This document shows, piece by piece, positions 1-10,033 of a stretch of DNA of 64,000 nt. The notes under the pieces are model-generated. The model was not told the DNA's origin. It ran no database searches and worked only from the letters and a program-made list of their open reading frames with translations. The stretch covers positions 41,197-105,196 of the forward strand of contig NZ_JAWRHZ010000060.1 in NCBI RefSeq assembly GCF_040308045.1, read 5' to 3'. The translations under genes and the position numbers were made by a program. Within the stretch, counting starts at the first letter, position 1, and the number at the start of each line of letters is the position of its first letter. This stretch comes from Proteiniborus sp. (GTDB taxonomy: Bacteria > Bacillota > Clostridia > Tissierellales > Proteiniboraceae).

Positions 1-1
1 A

Positions 2-487
2 ACTGAGCCTTTAAATTTCCCTAACACTGAAATAATAACTGGAAGCACAGAAGAAAATTTTCCAGCATACCAAACTGGCATAGGACTTACTATAATAGGG
101 ATAATAGAAAAGAAAAGTTGGAATCCACCAAAAACTATTGCAAATACATTAGCGGTAGTAGTTGGAATTCCAAAGGTAGGAAACGAAGTAATAAAAGACA
201 AGGGTAGAGAAGTACTATCGATTCCACACCTTTTAGAGCTAAAACACAATCCAGATGTTTATGAAATATTGCCAGTAGGTTCGAAAGGAATACTGCATGA
301 ACTAAAAGAAATGGCAAGAACAAATGGATTAGGATTTTGCCTAGATGATGAAATGTCATTAGACATAGAGAAATCAGCAGGACCTGCAACCTGCGCCATT
401 ATTTCAATAAATGAAAAAGAGTATAATAACTTGAAAAACAACTTTCCAATACCTGTTGAGAAAATTGGAAGATTTATAGAAAATTAA
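2..487 (+). CDS. 3' part of a gene entering from upstream of the window. The tail resembles the PurM/ThiL/HypE superfamily; possibly a CblS-type alpha-ribazole kinase
   Basis: Frame 2 is open from base 2 to the stop ending at 487; the track shows only the last 72 aa from an internal Met. The tail GSKGILHELKEMARTNGLGFCLDDEMSLDIEKSAGPATCAIISINEKEY resembles the C-terminal domain of AIR-synthase-related enzymes. It sits next to B12 genes. The product call rests on recalled similarity only. Confidence 0.45.
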   Translation, partial: TEPLNFPNTEIITGSTEENFPAYQTGIGLTIIGIIEKKSWNPPKTIANTLAVVVGIPKVGNEVIKDKGREVLSIPHLLELKHNPDVYEILPVGSKGILHELKEMARTNGLGFCLDDEMSLDIEKSAGPATCAIISINEKEYNNLKNNFPIPVEKIGRFIEN

Positions 488-504
488 TTTTTGAGGTGCA
501 TATC

Positions 505-1281
505 ATGAATACTGCTGTTCTTATTGAAAACCTAACTTTCAAATATGATATTGATGAAATATTGAAGAATATTGATATAAATATTCCGAAGGGTAGTTTT
601 GTTAGTATATTAGGACCAAATGGTTCTGGTAAAACTACTCTTCTGAAAAATATCTGCAATATATTAAAGCCTGATAACGGAAAGATTATAATAAATAATA
701 GAAATGTCACTAACATTAAATATAAGGAACTGGCAAAAATAATTGCTGTTGTCCATCAAAGCCCAGATATTCAATTTGATTTTTCTGTTTTGGATGTAGT
801 GCTTATGGGCAGGTTTCCATATATAGGAAGATTTAAAAGTGAAAGCAAGAAAGACATAGATATTGCAAAAGAAGCTATGCAAAATACAGGCATCTGGGAA
901 TTAAGAGATAAAAGCATCAATGAAATAAGTGGTGGAGAAAAGCAAAGAGTTATGATAGCTAGAGCTCTTGCTCAACAGCCAGAAATACTTATACTAGATG
1001 AACCAATATCTAACTTAGATATAAAATATCAAGTAGGAATACTAGAGCTATGCAAAAAGCTTAATAAAGAAAATAAACTAACTATTATAATGACATTGCA
1101 TGATATTAACCTTGCAGGAAGATATAGTGACTATTTAATTTTATTAGATAGAGGAAAAATTAAAACAATGGATACTCCCGAAAAGGTGTTAACTCAAGAA
1201 AACATATCTAATGTATACGATATTAAAGTAGATATATTAAAAAGAAATGGAGACAAAACCCCATATATTATACCAGTTTAG
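505..1281 (+). CDS. ABC transporter ATP-binding protein, FecE/BtuD (iron-siderophore/cobalamin) type
   Basis: Walker A GPNGSGKTT, signature SGGEKQR, Walker B ILILDEP. SD GAGGTG lies 6 nt before ATG 505; the track start GTG 496 lies inside that SD. Confidence 0.85.
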   Translation: MNTAVLIENLTFKYDIDEILKNIDINIPKGSFVSILGPNGSGKTTLLKNICNILKPDNGKIIINNRNVTNIKYKELAKIIAVVHQSPDIQFDFSVLDVVLMGRFPYIGRFKSESKKDIDIAKEAMQNTGIWELRDKSINEISGGEKQRVMIARALAQQPEILILDEPISNLDIKYQVGILELCKKLNKENKLTIIMTLHDINLAGRYSDYLILLDRGKIKTMDTPEKVLTQENISNVYDIKVDILKRNGDKTPYIIPV

Positions 1282-1462
1282 CAGTTTAGGGGTCAGGCTT
1301 TTATAATTTTATATTATACCAGTTTAGAGATGGTTAGGTGATTAGCTAAAAAATACTTGGTCCAAATTGCCATTAAATATCAAATATGGAATCTAGAAAC
1401 TAAAAACGGAAAAGGTATCTATTGAAACTGGAGAAAAAGAGAGGCAATTAGGAGGAAAATTT

Positions 1463-2821
1463 ATGAAAAGAGTAGTAATATCAGGAACTCATAGCGGATG
1501 CGGAAAGACTACAGTAAGCTTAGGAATAATGGCAGCACTTACTAAGAGAGGAAAAAAGGTAGCTCCTTTTAAAGTTGGACCAGATTATATAGATCCTAGC
1601 TTTCATAAATTTGTTACTGGAAATCCTTCATATAATTTAGATAGTTGGCTTTTAGACAGCAATACTATAAGGTATTTGTTCAACAAAGGCAATCAAAACA
1701 TGGACATATCTATTATTGAAGGTGTTATGGGAATGTATGATGGTTTTGGAATAGATAAAAGTAATGGAAGTACAGCTCATGTAGCTAAGATTACAAAAAC
1801 CCCAGTAATATTAGTAGTTGAAGCTAAAGCCATGTCTACAAGTGTAGCAGCTCTTGTAATGGGCTACATGATGTATGACAAAGATGTAGAAGTTAAAGGC
1901 GTAATATTTAATAAAGTATCTAGTGAAAAACACTATGAAATGCTTAAGCTTGTTGTTGAAAGAGATTTAGGTATAAAGTGTTTAGGATATTTACCAAAAA
2001 ATGAGGAAATATCTTTGAAAAGCAGGCATTTAGGCTTAATACCTGCAGATGAAGTAGAAGGACTTAAGAAAAAAACAGATGAGTTAGTAGAGCTTATAGA
2101 AAAACATATTGATTTAAAGACTTTAGAGGATATTGCAGAGATGGAAGATATAGAGCCTATAGAAAATCCTGCTAAAGAAATTTTTATGAAATATAAAGGA
2201 CTTAAAATAGGTATTGCAATGGATACTGCTTTTAGCTTTTATTATCAGCATAATTTGCAGCTAATGGAGGAAGCTGGAGTCCAGCTTTTACCTTTTAGTC
2301 CTGTAAATGATATTAATGTACCTATTGGAGTAGACGGTCTTTATATAGGCGGAGGCTTTCCAGAGATGTTTGCAGAGAAGTTGGAAGAAAATATCTCCAT
2401 GAGAGAAGATATAAAAGCGTTACTTGAAAGTGGCCTTCCTGCTTATGCAGAGTGTGGAGGGTTAATGTACCTTACAGAAGGAATAGTAGATTTACAAGGA
2501 CATTATTACAATATGGTTGGATTCTTTGGTACTAAATCTATGATGACTAAAAGATTAAATCGTTTTGGTTATGTAAATATTGATACTAGAACAGGATTAG
2601 AAACCCGTGCCCATGAGTTCCATAGATCATGTATAGAAGAAAATAGTGATTTAGAATACTACTATCATGTAACTAAGTATAGGGAAAAGTTAATAGATGA
2701 ATGGAAATGTGGATTAGTAAAGAATAATGTAGTGGCAGGTTATCCCCATGTTCATTTCTATAGCAATTTAAGTTTTCTAGAAGAGTTTTTAAATAAATGT
2801 TTAGAGTATAAAAAATTATAG
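1463..2821 (+). CDS. cbiA: Cobyrinate a,c-diamide synthase
   Basis: 452 aa. N-terminal P-loop GTHSGCGKTT and FKVGPDYIDPSFH; C-terminal glutamine amidotransferase part with AECGGLMYL. SD AGGAGG upstream. Confidence 0.9.
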   Translation: MKRVVISGTHSGCGKTTVSLGIMAALTKRGKKVAPFKVGPDYIDPSFHKFVTGNPSYNLDSWLLDSNTIRYLFNKGNQNMDISIIEGVMGMYDGFGIDKSNGSTAHVAKITKTPVILVVEAKAMSTSVAALVMGYMMYDKDVEVKGVIFNKVSSEKHYEMLKLVVERDLGIKCLGYLPKNEEISLKSRHLGLIPADEVEGLKKKTDELVELIEKHIDLKTLEDIAEMEDIEPIENPAKEIFMKYKGLKIGIAMDTAFSFYYQHNLQLMEEAGVQLLPFSPVNDINVPIGVDGLYIGGGFPEMFAEKLEENISMREDIKALLESGLPAYAECGGLMYLTEGIVDLQGHYYNMVGFFGTKSMMTKRLNRFGYVNIDTRTGLETRAHEFHRSCIEENSDLEYYYHVTKYREKLIDEWKCGLVKNNVVAGYPHVHFYSNLSFLEEFLNKCLEYKKL

Positions 2822-2836
2822 ACTGGAGGGGAGTAA

Positions 2837-3352
2837 ATGAATAATGGATATGTTCATATATATACTGGAAACGGGAAAGGAAAAACTACAGCTGCTTTAG
2901 GGTTGTCACTTAGAGCAGTATGTGCTGGAAAGAAGGTATACTTTGGACAATTTATAAAGGGTATGGAGTATAGCGAGCTTAAAAGTCAAAACATATTACC
3001 AAACTTTGAAATACACCAATTTGGAAGAAACTGTTTTATATTTAACAAACCTACTAAAGAAGACATACGATTGGCTAAAGATGGACTGGAAACCTGCGGA
3101 AGAATTTTATCAGAGGGAGAATATGATGTAGTTGTATTAGACGAATTAAATATAGCTATATTCTATAATCTATTTACTGCAGAAGAAGCTATAGCTGTTA
3201 TAAAAAATAGAGCTCCTCATGTAGAAGTCATAGTAACAGGCAGATATGCAGAAGAAAAACTAATAGAGTTTGCAGACTTAGTTACTGAAATGAATGAGAT
3301 AAAACACTATTATAGACAGGGAGTACAAGCTAGAAAAGGAATAGAGAACTGA
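2837..3352 (+). CDS. cobO: Cob(I)yrinic acid a,c-diamide adenosyltransferase (CobO/BtuR type)
   Basis: 171 aa. YTGNGKGKTTAALG P-loop and VVLDELN motif typical of CobO. Confidence 0.9.
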   Translation: MNNGYVHIYTGNGKGKTTAALGLSLRAVCAGKKVYFGQFIKGMEYSELKSQNILPNFEIHQFGRNCFIFNKPTKEDIRLAKDGLETCGRILSEGEYDVVVLDELNIAIFYNLFTAEEAIAVIKNRAPHVEVIVTGRYAEEKLIEFADLVTEMNEIKHYYRQGVQARKGIEN

Positions 3353-3442
3353 TAGCGACTAGTAGCTACGTTTATAGATTGTGCTTTCTTTGGTGTATCT
3401 TAAAGCTGTTAGTAATTAGGAAAATGAGGAGGAAGATTAGCT

Positions 3443-4063
3443 TTGGAAGAATATGTAAAAGATCCTAAAGAGATAGAGCGTAGAAGCTTTGAAATAATAA
3501 CAGAAGAACTGGGAGAAAAAAAGTTTGAAGAAAGTATAGACAAGATAGTTAAAAGAGTAATCCATACTACTGCAGACTTTGAATATGCTGATATACTTGA
3601 GTTTCATCCAAAGGCTATTGAAGCAGGAAAGAAAGCACTAAAGGAAGGCTGCTCTATATATGCAGACACCCAAATGATTATAGGTGGAGTAAATAAAAAA
3701 AGCCTTTCTAAGTATGGAATTCAAATATTCAATCTTGTTCACGATAAAGATGTGACAGAAAGGGCTTTAAAAACTGGCATTACTAGATCTATGGTAGCCT
3801 TAGAAAAAGCAGTATCAGATGAAAACATAAGAATATTTGCAATAGGCAATGCACCTACTGCATTGTTTACTTTAAAAAGGTTGATAGAAGAAGGAAAGGC
3901 AAAACCTGATTTGATAATAGGAGTACCTGTAGGATTTGTTGGAGCAGCAGAGTCTAAAGAATCTATTAGAGATTTAGGCGTACCATATATAATAACTAGA
4001 GGCAGAAAAGGCGGAAGTACTGTTGCAACAGCAATAATCAATGCCTTTCTATATATGATATAG
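3443..4063 (+). CDS. cbiC: Cobalt-precorrin-8 methylmutase
   Basis: 206 aa. VIHTTADFEYA and IGNAPTAL motifs. TTG start 9 nt after GAGGAGG. Confidence 0.9.
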   Translation: MEEYVKDPKEIERRSFEIITEELGEKKFEESIDKIVKRVIHTTADFEYADILEFHPKAIEAGKKALKEGCSIYADTQMIIGGVNKKSLSKYGIQIFNLVHDKDVTERALKTGITRSMVALEKAVSDENIRIFAIGNAPTALFTLKRLIEEGKAKPDLIIGVPVGFVGAAESKESIRDLGVPYIITRGRKGGSTVATAIINAFLYMI

Positions 4064-4072
4064 GATTAGGCT

Positions 4073-5188
4073 ATGTTAGAGAAGTATATTATAAAAGATG
4101 GTAAAAAGCTAAGATACGGATATACTACAGGCTCTTGTGCAACCGCAGCCTCTAAAGCTGCTGCTAAAATGCTTTTTTCTCAAAGAATATTAGACTCTAT
4201 AGAAATAGATACTCCTAAGGGATGGAAGCTTGAACTTAAAGTTGAAGAACCATCATTTAGTCCTGGTAGTGCAACTTGTTGTATCGAAAAAGATGCAGGA
4301 GATGATCCAGATTCTACTGACGGTTTAAAAATATATGCAGAGGTTACTAGAAACCATGAAAAGAAGATAAACTTAACAGGTGGTGTAGGTATAGGCATAG
4401 TAACTAAGCCAGGATTGTCAATACCAGTTGGAGAATATGCTATAAACCCAGTACCTAGAGAGATGATTTTAGCAGAGGTTGGCAAGGTAATTCCTGATGG
4501 AGAGGGTGTTGATGTTAAAATATTTGCACCTGAGGGAGTCCAAATAGCTAAAAAAACCTTCAATCCTAAGCTGGGTATTGAAGGAGGAATATCTATAATA
4601 GGTACATCAGGAATAGTGGAGCCTATGTCAGAGGAAGCACTTAAAAGCTCATTAGAGCTAGAACTATCTATATTAAAGGAACAGGGAGCTAAAAGAATAA
4701 TCTTTTCACCAGGAAACTATGGAAAGGATTTTGGATTAAAACATTCTCTAGATGAAAAGGTATTGATTAAGACTAGTAATTATATAGGATTTATGATAGA
4801 TAAAGCAGTTGAGTATGAGATAGAAGAGATTTTTTTTGTAGGACATATAGGAAAGCTTATTAAAGTTGCTGCTGGAATATTTAACACTCATAGCAAAGTG
4901 GCAGACGGCAGACTTGAAACTCTTGCAGCAAATTGTGCCTTACTTGGAGCGCCTCAACAGCTTGTAAAGCAAATAATGGAGAGTAATACTACAGAAGAAG
5001 CTATAGACTTTATTTTACTTAATAATATGGAAAATGTATTTGATTTCATTGCGCAAAAGATAAGCAGAAAATGTGAAGAAAGAGCTTATAACCAAATTAA
5101 ATTTGGAACATTAATTTTTTCTTTAAAGCATGGGATGGTAGGCATGTGCAACAATGGCAGGTTAATGTTGGAGGAATTTAAGATATGA
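4073..5188 (+). CDS. cbiD: Cobalt-precorrin-5B (C1)-methyltransferase
   Basis: 371 aa. LRYGYTTGSCATAASKAAA N-terminus is characteristic of CbiD. Confidence 0.9.
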   Translation: MLEKYIIKDGKKLRYGYTTGSCATAASKAAAKMLFSQRILDSIEIDTPKGWKLELKVEEPSFSPGSATCCIEKDAGDDPDSTDGLKIYAEVTRNHEKKINLTGGVGIGIVTKPGLSIPVGEYAINPVPREMILAEVGKVIPDGEGVDVKIFAPEGVQIAKKTFNPKLGIEGGISIIGTSGIVEPMSEEALKSSLELELSILKEQGAKRIIFSPGNYGKDFGLKHSLDEKVLIKTSNYIGFMIDKAVEYEIEEIFFVGHIGKLIKVAAGIFNTHSKVADGRLETLAANCALLGAPQQLVKQIMESNTTEEAIDFILLNNMENVFDFIAQKISRKCEERAYNQIKFGTLIFSLKHGMVGMCNNGRLMLEEFKI

Positions 5189-5805
5189 ACAAAATATCAG
5201 TAGTTGGACTAGGACCAGGTCATCCTGATTATATATTGCCTAAGGCACTAAGTATTATAAATGAGTCAGATATAATAATTGCAGGAAAGAGAAATCTCGA
5301 AAGCATTGATGTAAGTAGAAAAATCACCTTTATAGTAGGAAATAACCTTTCTCAGATGATAGAGTTTATAAAAGAAAATAGAGAAAGTAAAAAAGTATCT
5401 GTAGTAGTTTCAGGAGATACAGGATTTTATAGTATGCTTAGATATTTAAAGAAGCATTTCGGGGCTGAGGAGTTAGATGTAATAACAGGTATTAGCTCTA
5501 TGCAATATATGTTTGCAAGAATAGGACAAAGCTGGGAAGATGCTTATTTAGGAAGCTTACATGGTAGAGAAAATGAATTCGTTAAAAAAGCTAAAGAATA
5601 TGACAAGGTAGGACTACTTACTGATAATAAGTGGACTCCAAGTAAAATAGCTTCGGAGCTATTAATAAATGGAATCAATGAAAAGAACATGTATGTAGGA
5701 GAAAATTTATCATACGAAAATGAAAGAATAACCAAAGGAAGTATTGAACAATTTGCCGAGAAAAAAGAATACCATATTTGCGTGGTGGTGATAAGCAATG
5801 AGTAG
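5185..5805 (+). CDS. cbiE: Cobalt-precorrin-7 (C5)-methyltransferase
   Basis: 206 aa tetrapyrrole-methylase fold (VVGLGPGHPDY). 4-nt overlap with the cbiD stop. Confidence 0.85.
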   Translation: MNKISVVGLGPGHPDYILPKALSIINESDIIIAGKRNLESIDVSRKITFIVGNNLSQMIEFIKENRESKKVSVVVSGDTGFYSMLRYLKKHFGAEELDVITGISSMQYMFARIGQSWEDAYLGSLHGRENEFVKKAKEYDKVGLLTDNKWTPSKIASELLINGINEKNMYVGENLSYENERITKGSIEQFAEKKEYHICVVVISNE

Positions 5806-6388
5806 ATGGACGTATGCTACATCAGGTATACCTGATAATTTATTTAAACGTGGAAAAGTGCCTATGACTAAGGAAGAAGTAAGGGCAATTACTATAAGTA
5901 AATTGAGACTAAGAAATACAGATGTAATAGCAGATATAGGTGCAGGTACAGGTTCTATATCTATAGAAGCTGCCTTAGTTGCTAATGAGGGAAAAGTATA
6001 TGCAGTAGAAAAGAATAAAGAAGGGGTACAGCTTATTAATGAAAACATCAGTATTTTTGACGTGAATAATATAGATGTAATAGAGGGAGTAGCTCCAGAT
6101 GTATTATCTCAAATAGGAAAAGTTGATAAAGTAATCCTAGGAGGAACTGGAGGAAATATAATAAGTATATTTGAGTGGGTAACACACAATTTGAAACCAG
6201 GTGGCAGGATAGTGTCCAATGCCATTACAATAGAAAATTTGTACAAATCATTAGAGCTTATGAAGTCAAGCGAGTTTGATAATATGGAAGTTACAAGTGT
6301 ATCTATAGCTAAAGGAAGGGCAATAGGCAGTTTAACTATGATGGAGTCTCAAAATCAAATATACATTGTATCTGCTGATAAGAGGTAA
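5798..6388 (+). CDS. cbiT: Cobalt-precorrin-6B (C15)-methyltransferase, decarboxylating
   Basis: 196 aa. SAM-binding DIGAGTGS. 8-nt overlap with cbiE. Confidence 0.85.
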   Translation: MSRWTYATSGIPDNLFKRGKVPMTKEEVRAITISKLRLRNTDVIADIGAGTGSISIEAALVANEGKVYAVEKNKEGVQLINENISIFDVNNIDVIEGVAPDVLSQIGKVDKVILGGTGGNIISIFEWVTHNLKPGGRIVSNAITIENLYKSLELMKSSEFDNMEVTSVSIAKGRAIGSLTMMESQNQIYIVSADKR

Positions 6389-6399
6389 GGAGGACTAAT

Positions 6400-7155
6400 A
6401 TGAAGAAGGTGTACTTTATAGGTGCAGGACCTGGAGATCCTGACCTGATAACTATAAAAGGTAAAAAAATAATAGATGAATCTGATGTAATCATATATGC
6501 TGGTTCCCTTGTAAATGAACAGGTGTTACAAGGTAGAAAGGAAGAAAGTGTAGTATATAACAGTGCATCCATGACATTGGAAGAAGTCATAGAAGTGATG
6601 AATAAAAGTATTAAAGAAGGTAAAAAAGTGGCAAGAGTTCACACTGGAGATCCTAGTATATATGGAGCTATAAGAGAGCAAATAGATGCTCTTGAAAAAC
6701 TGGGAATAGATAGTGAAGTAATACCTGGTGTCAGTTCTTTTGTAGCCTCAGCAGCAGCTATCAAAAAAGAATTTACACTTCCCAATGTATCACAGACAGT
6801 AATATGTACTAGGCTAGAAGGAAGAACTAAAGTACCTGAAAGGGAAAGTCTTGAGAGCTTAGCATCACATAAAGCTTCTATGGCAATATTTCTTTCGGTT
6901 AATATGATAGACCAGGTTGCAGATAGATTAAAAGAACATTATAGTGAATCCACACCAATTGCAGTAATTCAAAAGGCTAGCTGGGAGGATCAAAAGATAG
7001 TCATAGGAAATCTTAGCAATATAGCTGAAAAAGTGAAGGCAGAGGGAATAAATAAGACTGCACAGATTTTAGTTGGTGGTTTTTTAGGCGATGAATATGA
7101 ACTATCTAAGTTATATGATAAGAACTTTAGTCACGGATATAGGAGTGCCAAATGA
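6400..7155 (+). CDS. cbiF: Cobalt-precorrin-4 C11-methyltransferase
   Basis: 251 aa. VYFIGAGPGDPDLIT and HTGDPSIYGA motifs. Confidence 0.9.
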   Translation: MKKVYFIGAGPGDPDLITIKGKKIIDESDVIIYAGSLVNEQVLQGRKEESVVYNSASMTLEEVIEVMNKSIKEGKKVARVHTGDPSIYGAIREQIDALEKLGIDSEVIPGVSSFVASAAAIKKEFTLPNVSQTVICTRLEGRTKVPERESLESLASHKASMAIFLSVNMIDQVADRLKEHYSESTPIAVIQKASWEDQKIVIGNLSNIAEKVKAEGINKTAQILVGGFLGDEYELSKLYDKNFSHGYRSAK

Positions 7156-8165
7156 GTTGGGCAGTAGTTACATTGACTAAAGATGGAACACAGCAAGGGA
7201 AGAGAATAAAGAATCTATTAGATGATATTAGATTAGATGTATATACTCAGGAAAAATGGGCTGATGAAGAAACCTTAGTAATAAATAAAAAGCTTGATGA
7301 ATTCATAGGAAGTATATTTTACAAATATGATATTATACTTTTTATTATGTCTACAGGAATAGTAGTCAGAAGTATAGCTAAGTACATTAAAAGTAAAACT
7401 ACTGATCCTGGAATATTAGTAATGGATGAAAGAGGACAGTTTATAATAAGCCTGCTTTCAGGTCATTTAGGAGGAGCTAATAAAGCTGCTAAGCTATTGG
7501 CGGATAAAATAGGAGGTCAGCTTGTAATAACTACTGCATCGGATGTAAAGGGGCTAATAGCAGTGGATACACTAGCTGAAGAATTAAAATGCTGTATATC
7601 CAATATGGTTGGTGCTAAAAACGTTACAGCACTTATAGTAAATGATGAGATAGTTCAAATAAAATCTGATATTAATATTGAAACGAAGCTTCCTAACAAC
7701 ATAGTAACAGAAGGAGAAGCAAAAGGCATAATATTTATTACAAATAGAATAATGAATTTAGACAATAAATATGAGGTACAGCTAATACCTAAGAACATAA
7801 TAATTGGCGTAGGCTGTAAATCAGGGCTCAGTAGTGAAGCTATAATAAATGCAGTAGAAGAAGCATTAGTTTCTTTAAATATTGACAATAGAAGTATCAA
7901 GCATTTTGCAACAGTAGATGTGAAGAAGAATGAAGCAGGAATATTTGAAGCTGCAAAACACTATAAAACCATTGTTAAGATAGTTGATAGAAAAGAAATA
8001 AAGACTGTAGAAAATGAATTTCAGTGTTCAGAGTTTGTGAGAAAAACAATAGGAGTAGGTGCAGTTTGTGAGCCATGTGCAGCACTTACTGCCATAAAGG
8101 GACATTTTCTCATGAGAAAACAAGCATATAATGGAATAACCTTATCTATATGGGAGGAAGTATAG
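7152..8165 (+). CDS. cbiG: Cobalt-precorrin-5A hydrolase
   Basis: 337 aa with CbiG-like N-terminal, middle and C-terminal parts. 4-nt overlap with cbiF. Confidence 0.85.
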   Translation: MSWAVVTLTKDGTQQGKRIKNLLDDIRLDVYTQEKWADEETLVINKKLDEFIGSIFYKYDIILFIMSTGIVVRSIAKYIKSKTTDPGILVMDERGQFIISLLSGHLGGANKAAKLLADKIGGQLVITTASDVKGLIAVDTLAEELKCCISNMVGAKNVTALIVNDEIVQIKSDINIETKLPNNIVTEGEAKGIIFITNRIMNLDNKYEVQLIPKNIIIGVGCKSGLSSEAIINAVEEALVSLNIDNRSIKHFATVDVKKNEAGIFEAAKHYKTIVKIVDRKEIKTVENEFQCSEFVRKTIGVGAVCEPCAALTAIKGHFLMRKQAYNGITLSIWEEV

Positions 8166-8906
8166 ATGAATAAAACAGGAAAGATATATGTAGTAGGCAT
8201 AGGACCAGGAAGTAAGGAACATATGACTTTCGAGGCTAAAACCGCTATAGAGAAGTCAGATATAATAGTTGGATATAAGACTTATATTGATTTAATAAAA
8301 GATATGCTGGAAGATAAAGAAGTGGCTTCTAGTGGAATGAAAAAGGAAATAGAAAGATGCACAGAAGCTTTAGAATATGCAAAGCAGGGCAAGACAGTAT
8401 CATTAGTTAGCAGTGGAGATTCTGGTGTCTATGGAATGGCTGGAATAATGTTTGAAGTAGCCTTTAAGGATGAAAGCCATGTAGAGGTAGAGGTGATACC
8501 TGGAGTTACAGCTGCAAATGCTGCTGCTGCTTCACTAGGTGCACCTATTATGCATGATTATGTAACCATAAGCTTAAGTGATTTGCTTACGGATTGGAGC
8601 TTAATTGAAAAGAGACTTCATTGTGCAGGAAAAGGTGATTTTGTAGTATGTCTATATAATCCTAAAAGCAAAGGAAGACAACAGCAAATCCAAATAGCTA
8701 GAGAAATACTACTAAAATATAAAAATGAAGATACAGTAGTTGGTATAGTTAGAAATGCTAAGAGAGCTGGAGAATCAATTGTAATAACAACACTTGGAGA
8801 CATGTTAAAATATGAAATAGATATGTTTACTACAGTTATTGTGGGAAATTCAAACACATATTCCGTAAAAGAAAAGATGATAACCCCTAGGGGCTATGAA
8901 TTATGA
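8166..8906 (+). CDS. cbiH: Cobalt-factor III / precorrin-3B C17-methyltransferase
   Basis: 246 aa. IYVVGIGPGSKEHMT and SSGDSGVYGMAG motifs. Starts immediately after the cbiG stop. Confidence 0.9.
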   Translation: MNKTGKIYVVGIGPGSKEHMTFEAKTAIEKSDIIVGYKTYIDLIKDMLEDKEVASSGMKKEIERCTEALEYAKQGKTVSLVSSGDSGVYGMAGIMFEVAFKDESHVEVEVIPGVTAANAAAASLGAPIMHDYVTISLSDLLTDWSLIEKRLHCAGKGDFVVCLYNPKSKGRQQQIQIAREILLKYKNEDTVVGIVRNAKRAGESIVITTLGDMLKYEIDMFTTVIVGNSNTYSVKEKMITPRGYEL

Positions 8907-9661
8907 TATTGGTCTTATCAGGGACATCTGATGGTAGAAAAATAATAGAGTTACTATCAGATAAGGGATATCCTGTTATAGCTTCTACAGCTACAGAGTA
9001 TGGAGGAATGTTGGTTGAATCTGATAAAAATCCAGTAGAAATAATATCTAGAAGATTAGAATGCTCAGATATGGAAAAACTCATAAGGGAAAAGAAAATA
9101 AAATATATAGTAGACGCTACCCATCCATATGCAGACAAGGTTTCAAAAAACGCCATGGCTGTAAGTAAATCTACTGGAATACAATATCTAAGATTTGAAA
9201 GAAAAGGACATGTATATGATGGAGTACGTTATTTCCCAGACTATAACAGTGCAACACTATATTTAAAAGAAACTGTGGGAAACATTTTATTAACTACTGG
9301 TAGCAATAACTTACAGGTTTTCACATCTTCTCTTGATATTAGCAGGCTATATGCAAGAGTTCTTCCTACCAATTCTGTAGTAAAGAAATGTGAAGAGCTA
9401 GGATTGCTTCCAAAGCAGATAATAGCAATTCAAGGGCCTTTTACAAAGGAGCTTAATAAAGCTATATACCGCAATTATAATGTTAAACATATGGTAACAA
9501 AAGATAGTGGAGACCCTGGAGGAACTAAAGAAAAGGTTATAGGAGCAATAGAAACTGGAGTAAATGTTGTTCTTATACAACGCCCTAATATAGAGTATAC
9601 AAACCTATGTAATAGTATAGAAGAAGTTATAAAGATTGTTAATAAAAGTTATAAAGAGTAG
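8903..9661 (+). CDS. cbiJ: Cobalt-precorrin-6A reductase
   Basis: 252 aa. MILVLSGTSDGR N-terminus typical of CbiJ/CobK. 4-nt overlap with cbiH. Confidence 0.85.
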   Translation: MILVLSGTSDGRKIIELLSDKGYPVIASTATEYGGMLVESDKNPVEIISRRLECSDMEKLIREKKIKYIVDATHPYADKVSKNAMAVSKSTGIQYLRFERKGHVYDGVRYFPDYNSATLYLKETVGNILLTTGSNNLQVFTSSLDISRLYARVLPTNSVVKKCEELGLLPKQIIAIQGPFTKELNKAIYRNYNVKHMVTKDSGDPGGTKEKVIGAIETGVNVVLIQRPNIEYTNLCNSIEEVIKIVNKSYKE

Positions 9662-9663
9662 CA

Positions 9664-9692
9664 GTTAAACTATTGTTAAACTATCGTTAAAC
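9664..9692 (+). repeat. Short tandem repeat, 2.6 copies of an 11-mer (GTTAAACTATT / GTTAAACTATC / GTTAAAC)
   Basis: Read directly from the sequence, between the cbiJ stop and the riboswitch. Confidence 0.6.
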
Positions 9693-9712
9693 ACAACTAA
9701 ATAGATAAAAAT

Positions 9713-9870
9713 TACAGGTTCTTTGATGAGAATAATAGGGAAAACGGTGTAAATCCGTTACAGCCCCCGCTACTGTAAGTGGGAACGAAATCATTATATG
9801 CCACTGGAGAAGTATTTTCTGGGAAGGTTTTGAAAGTAGGAAGTACCACGAGTCAGGAGACCTGCCTGTA
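9713..9870 (+). promoter_or_regulatory. Cobalamin (B12) riboswitch aptamer
   Basis: P1 helix TACAGG...CCTGTA. Conserved AATAGGGAA, GGTG.AAATCC, CAGCCCCCGCTACTGT and GCCACTG, plus the B12 box GAGTCAGGAGACCTGCC at 9850-9866. Confidence 0.9.
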
Positions 9871-9939
9871 AATTTTATAAATAAGCCTTCGGTGGGAAGT
9901 GGTTATTTTATGTGTAGATTTTTTGTGCATATTATAGAA

Positions 9940-9967
9940 CCATAGTCTAGAGGCTGTGGCTTTTTTT
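9940..9967 (+). terminator. Riboswitch expression-platform intrinsic terminator
   Basis: CCATAGTC-TAGA-GGCTGTGG stem (8 bp, two G-U pairs) followed by C and T7, about 65 nt upstream of cbiK. Confidence 0.75.
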
Positions 9968-10033
9968 ATTTGCTAAACACTATAAATATCCCTCGAAGGT
10001 ATAGCAATTAATTGTAATATAAAGGAGGTAATA

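Noticed and set aside
135-441. Minus-strand ORFs 135-389 and 259-441
   Set aside because: They are antisense shadows of the open + frame that runs from base 2 to 487. Composition is low-complexity and Leu/Phe/Ser-rich, and no SD is present.
3739-9580. Antisense ORFs inside cbi genes (3739-4041, 4180-4563, 5544-6048, 6336-6590, 7655-7900, 8618-9156, 9398-9580)
   Set aside because: All lie fully within well-supported + strand cbi genes and show the shadow-frame composition typical of AT-rich genomes.
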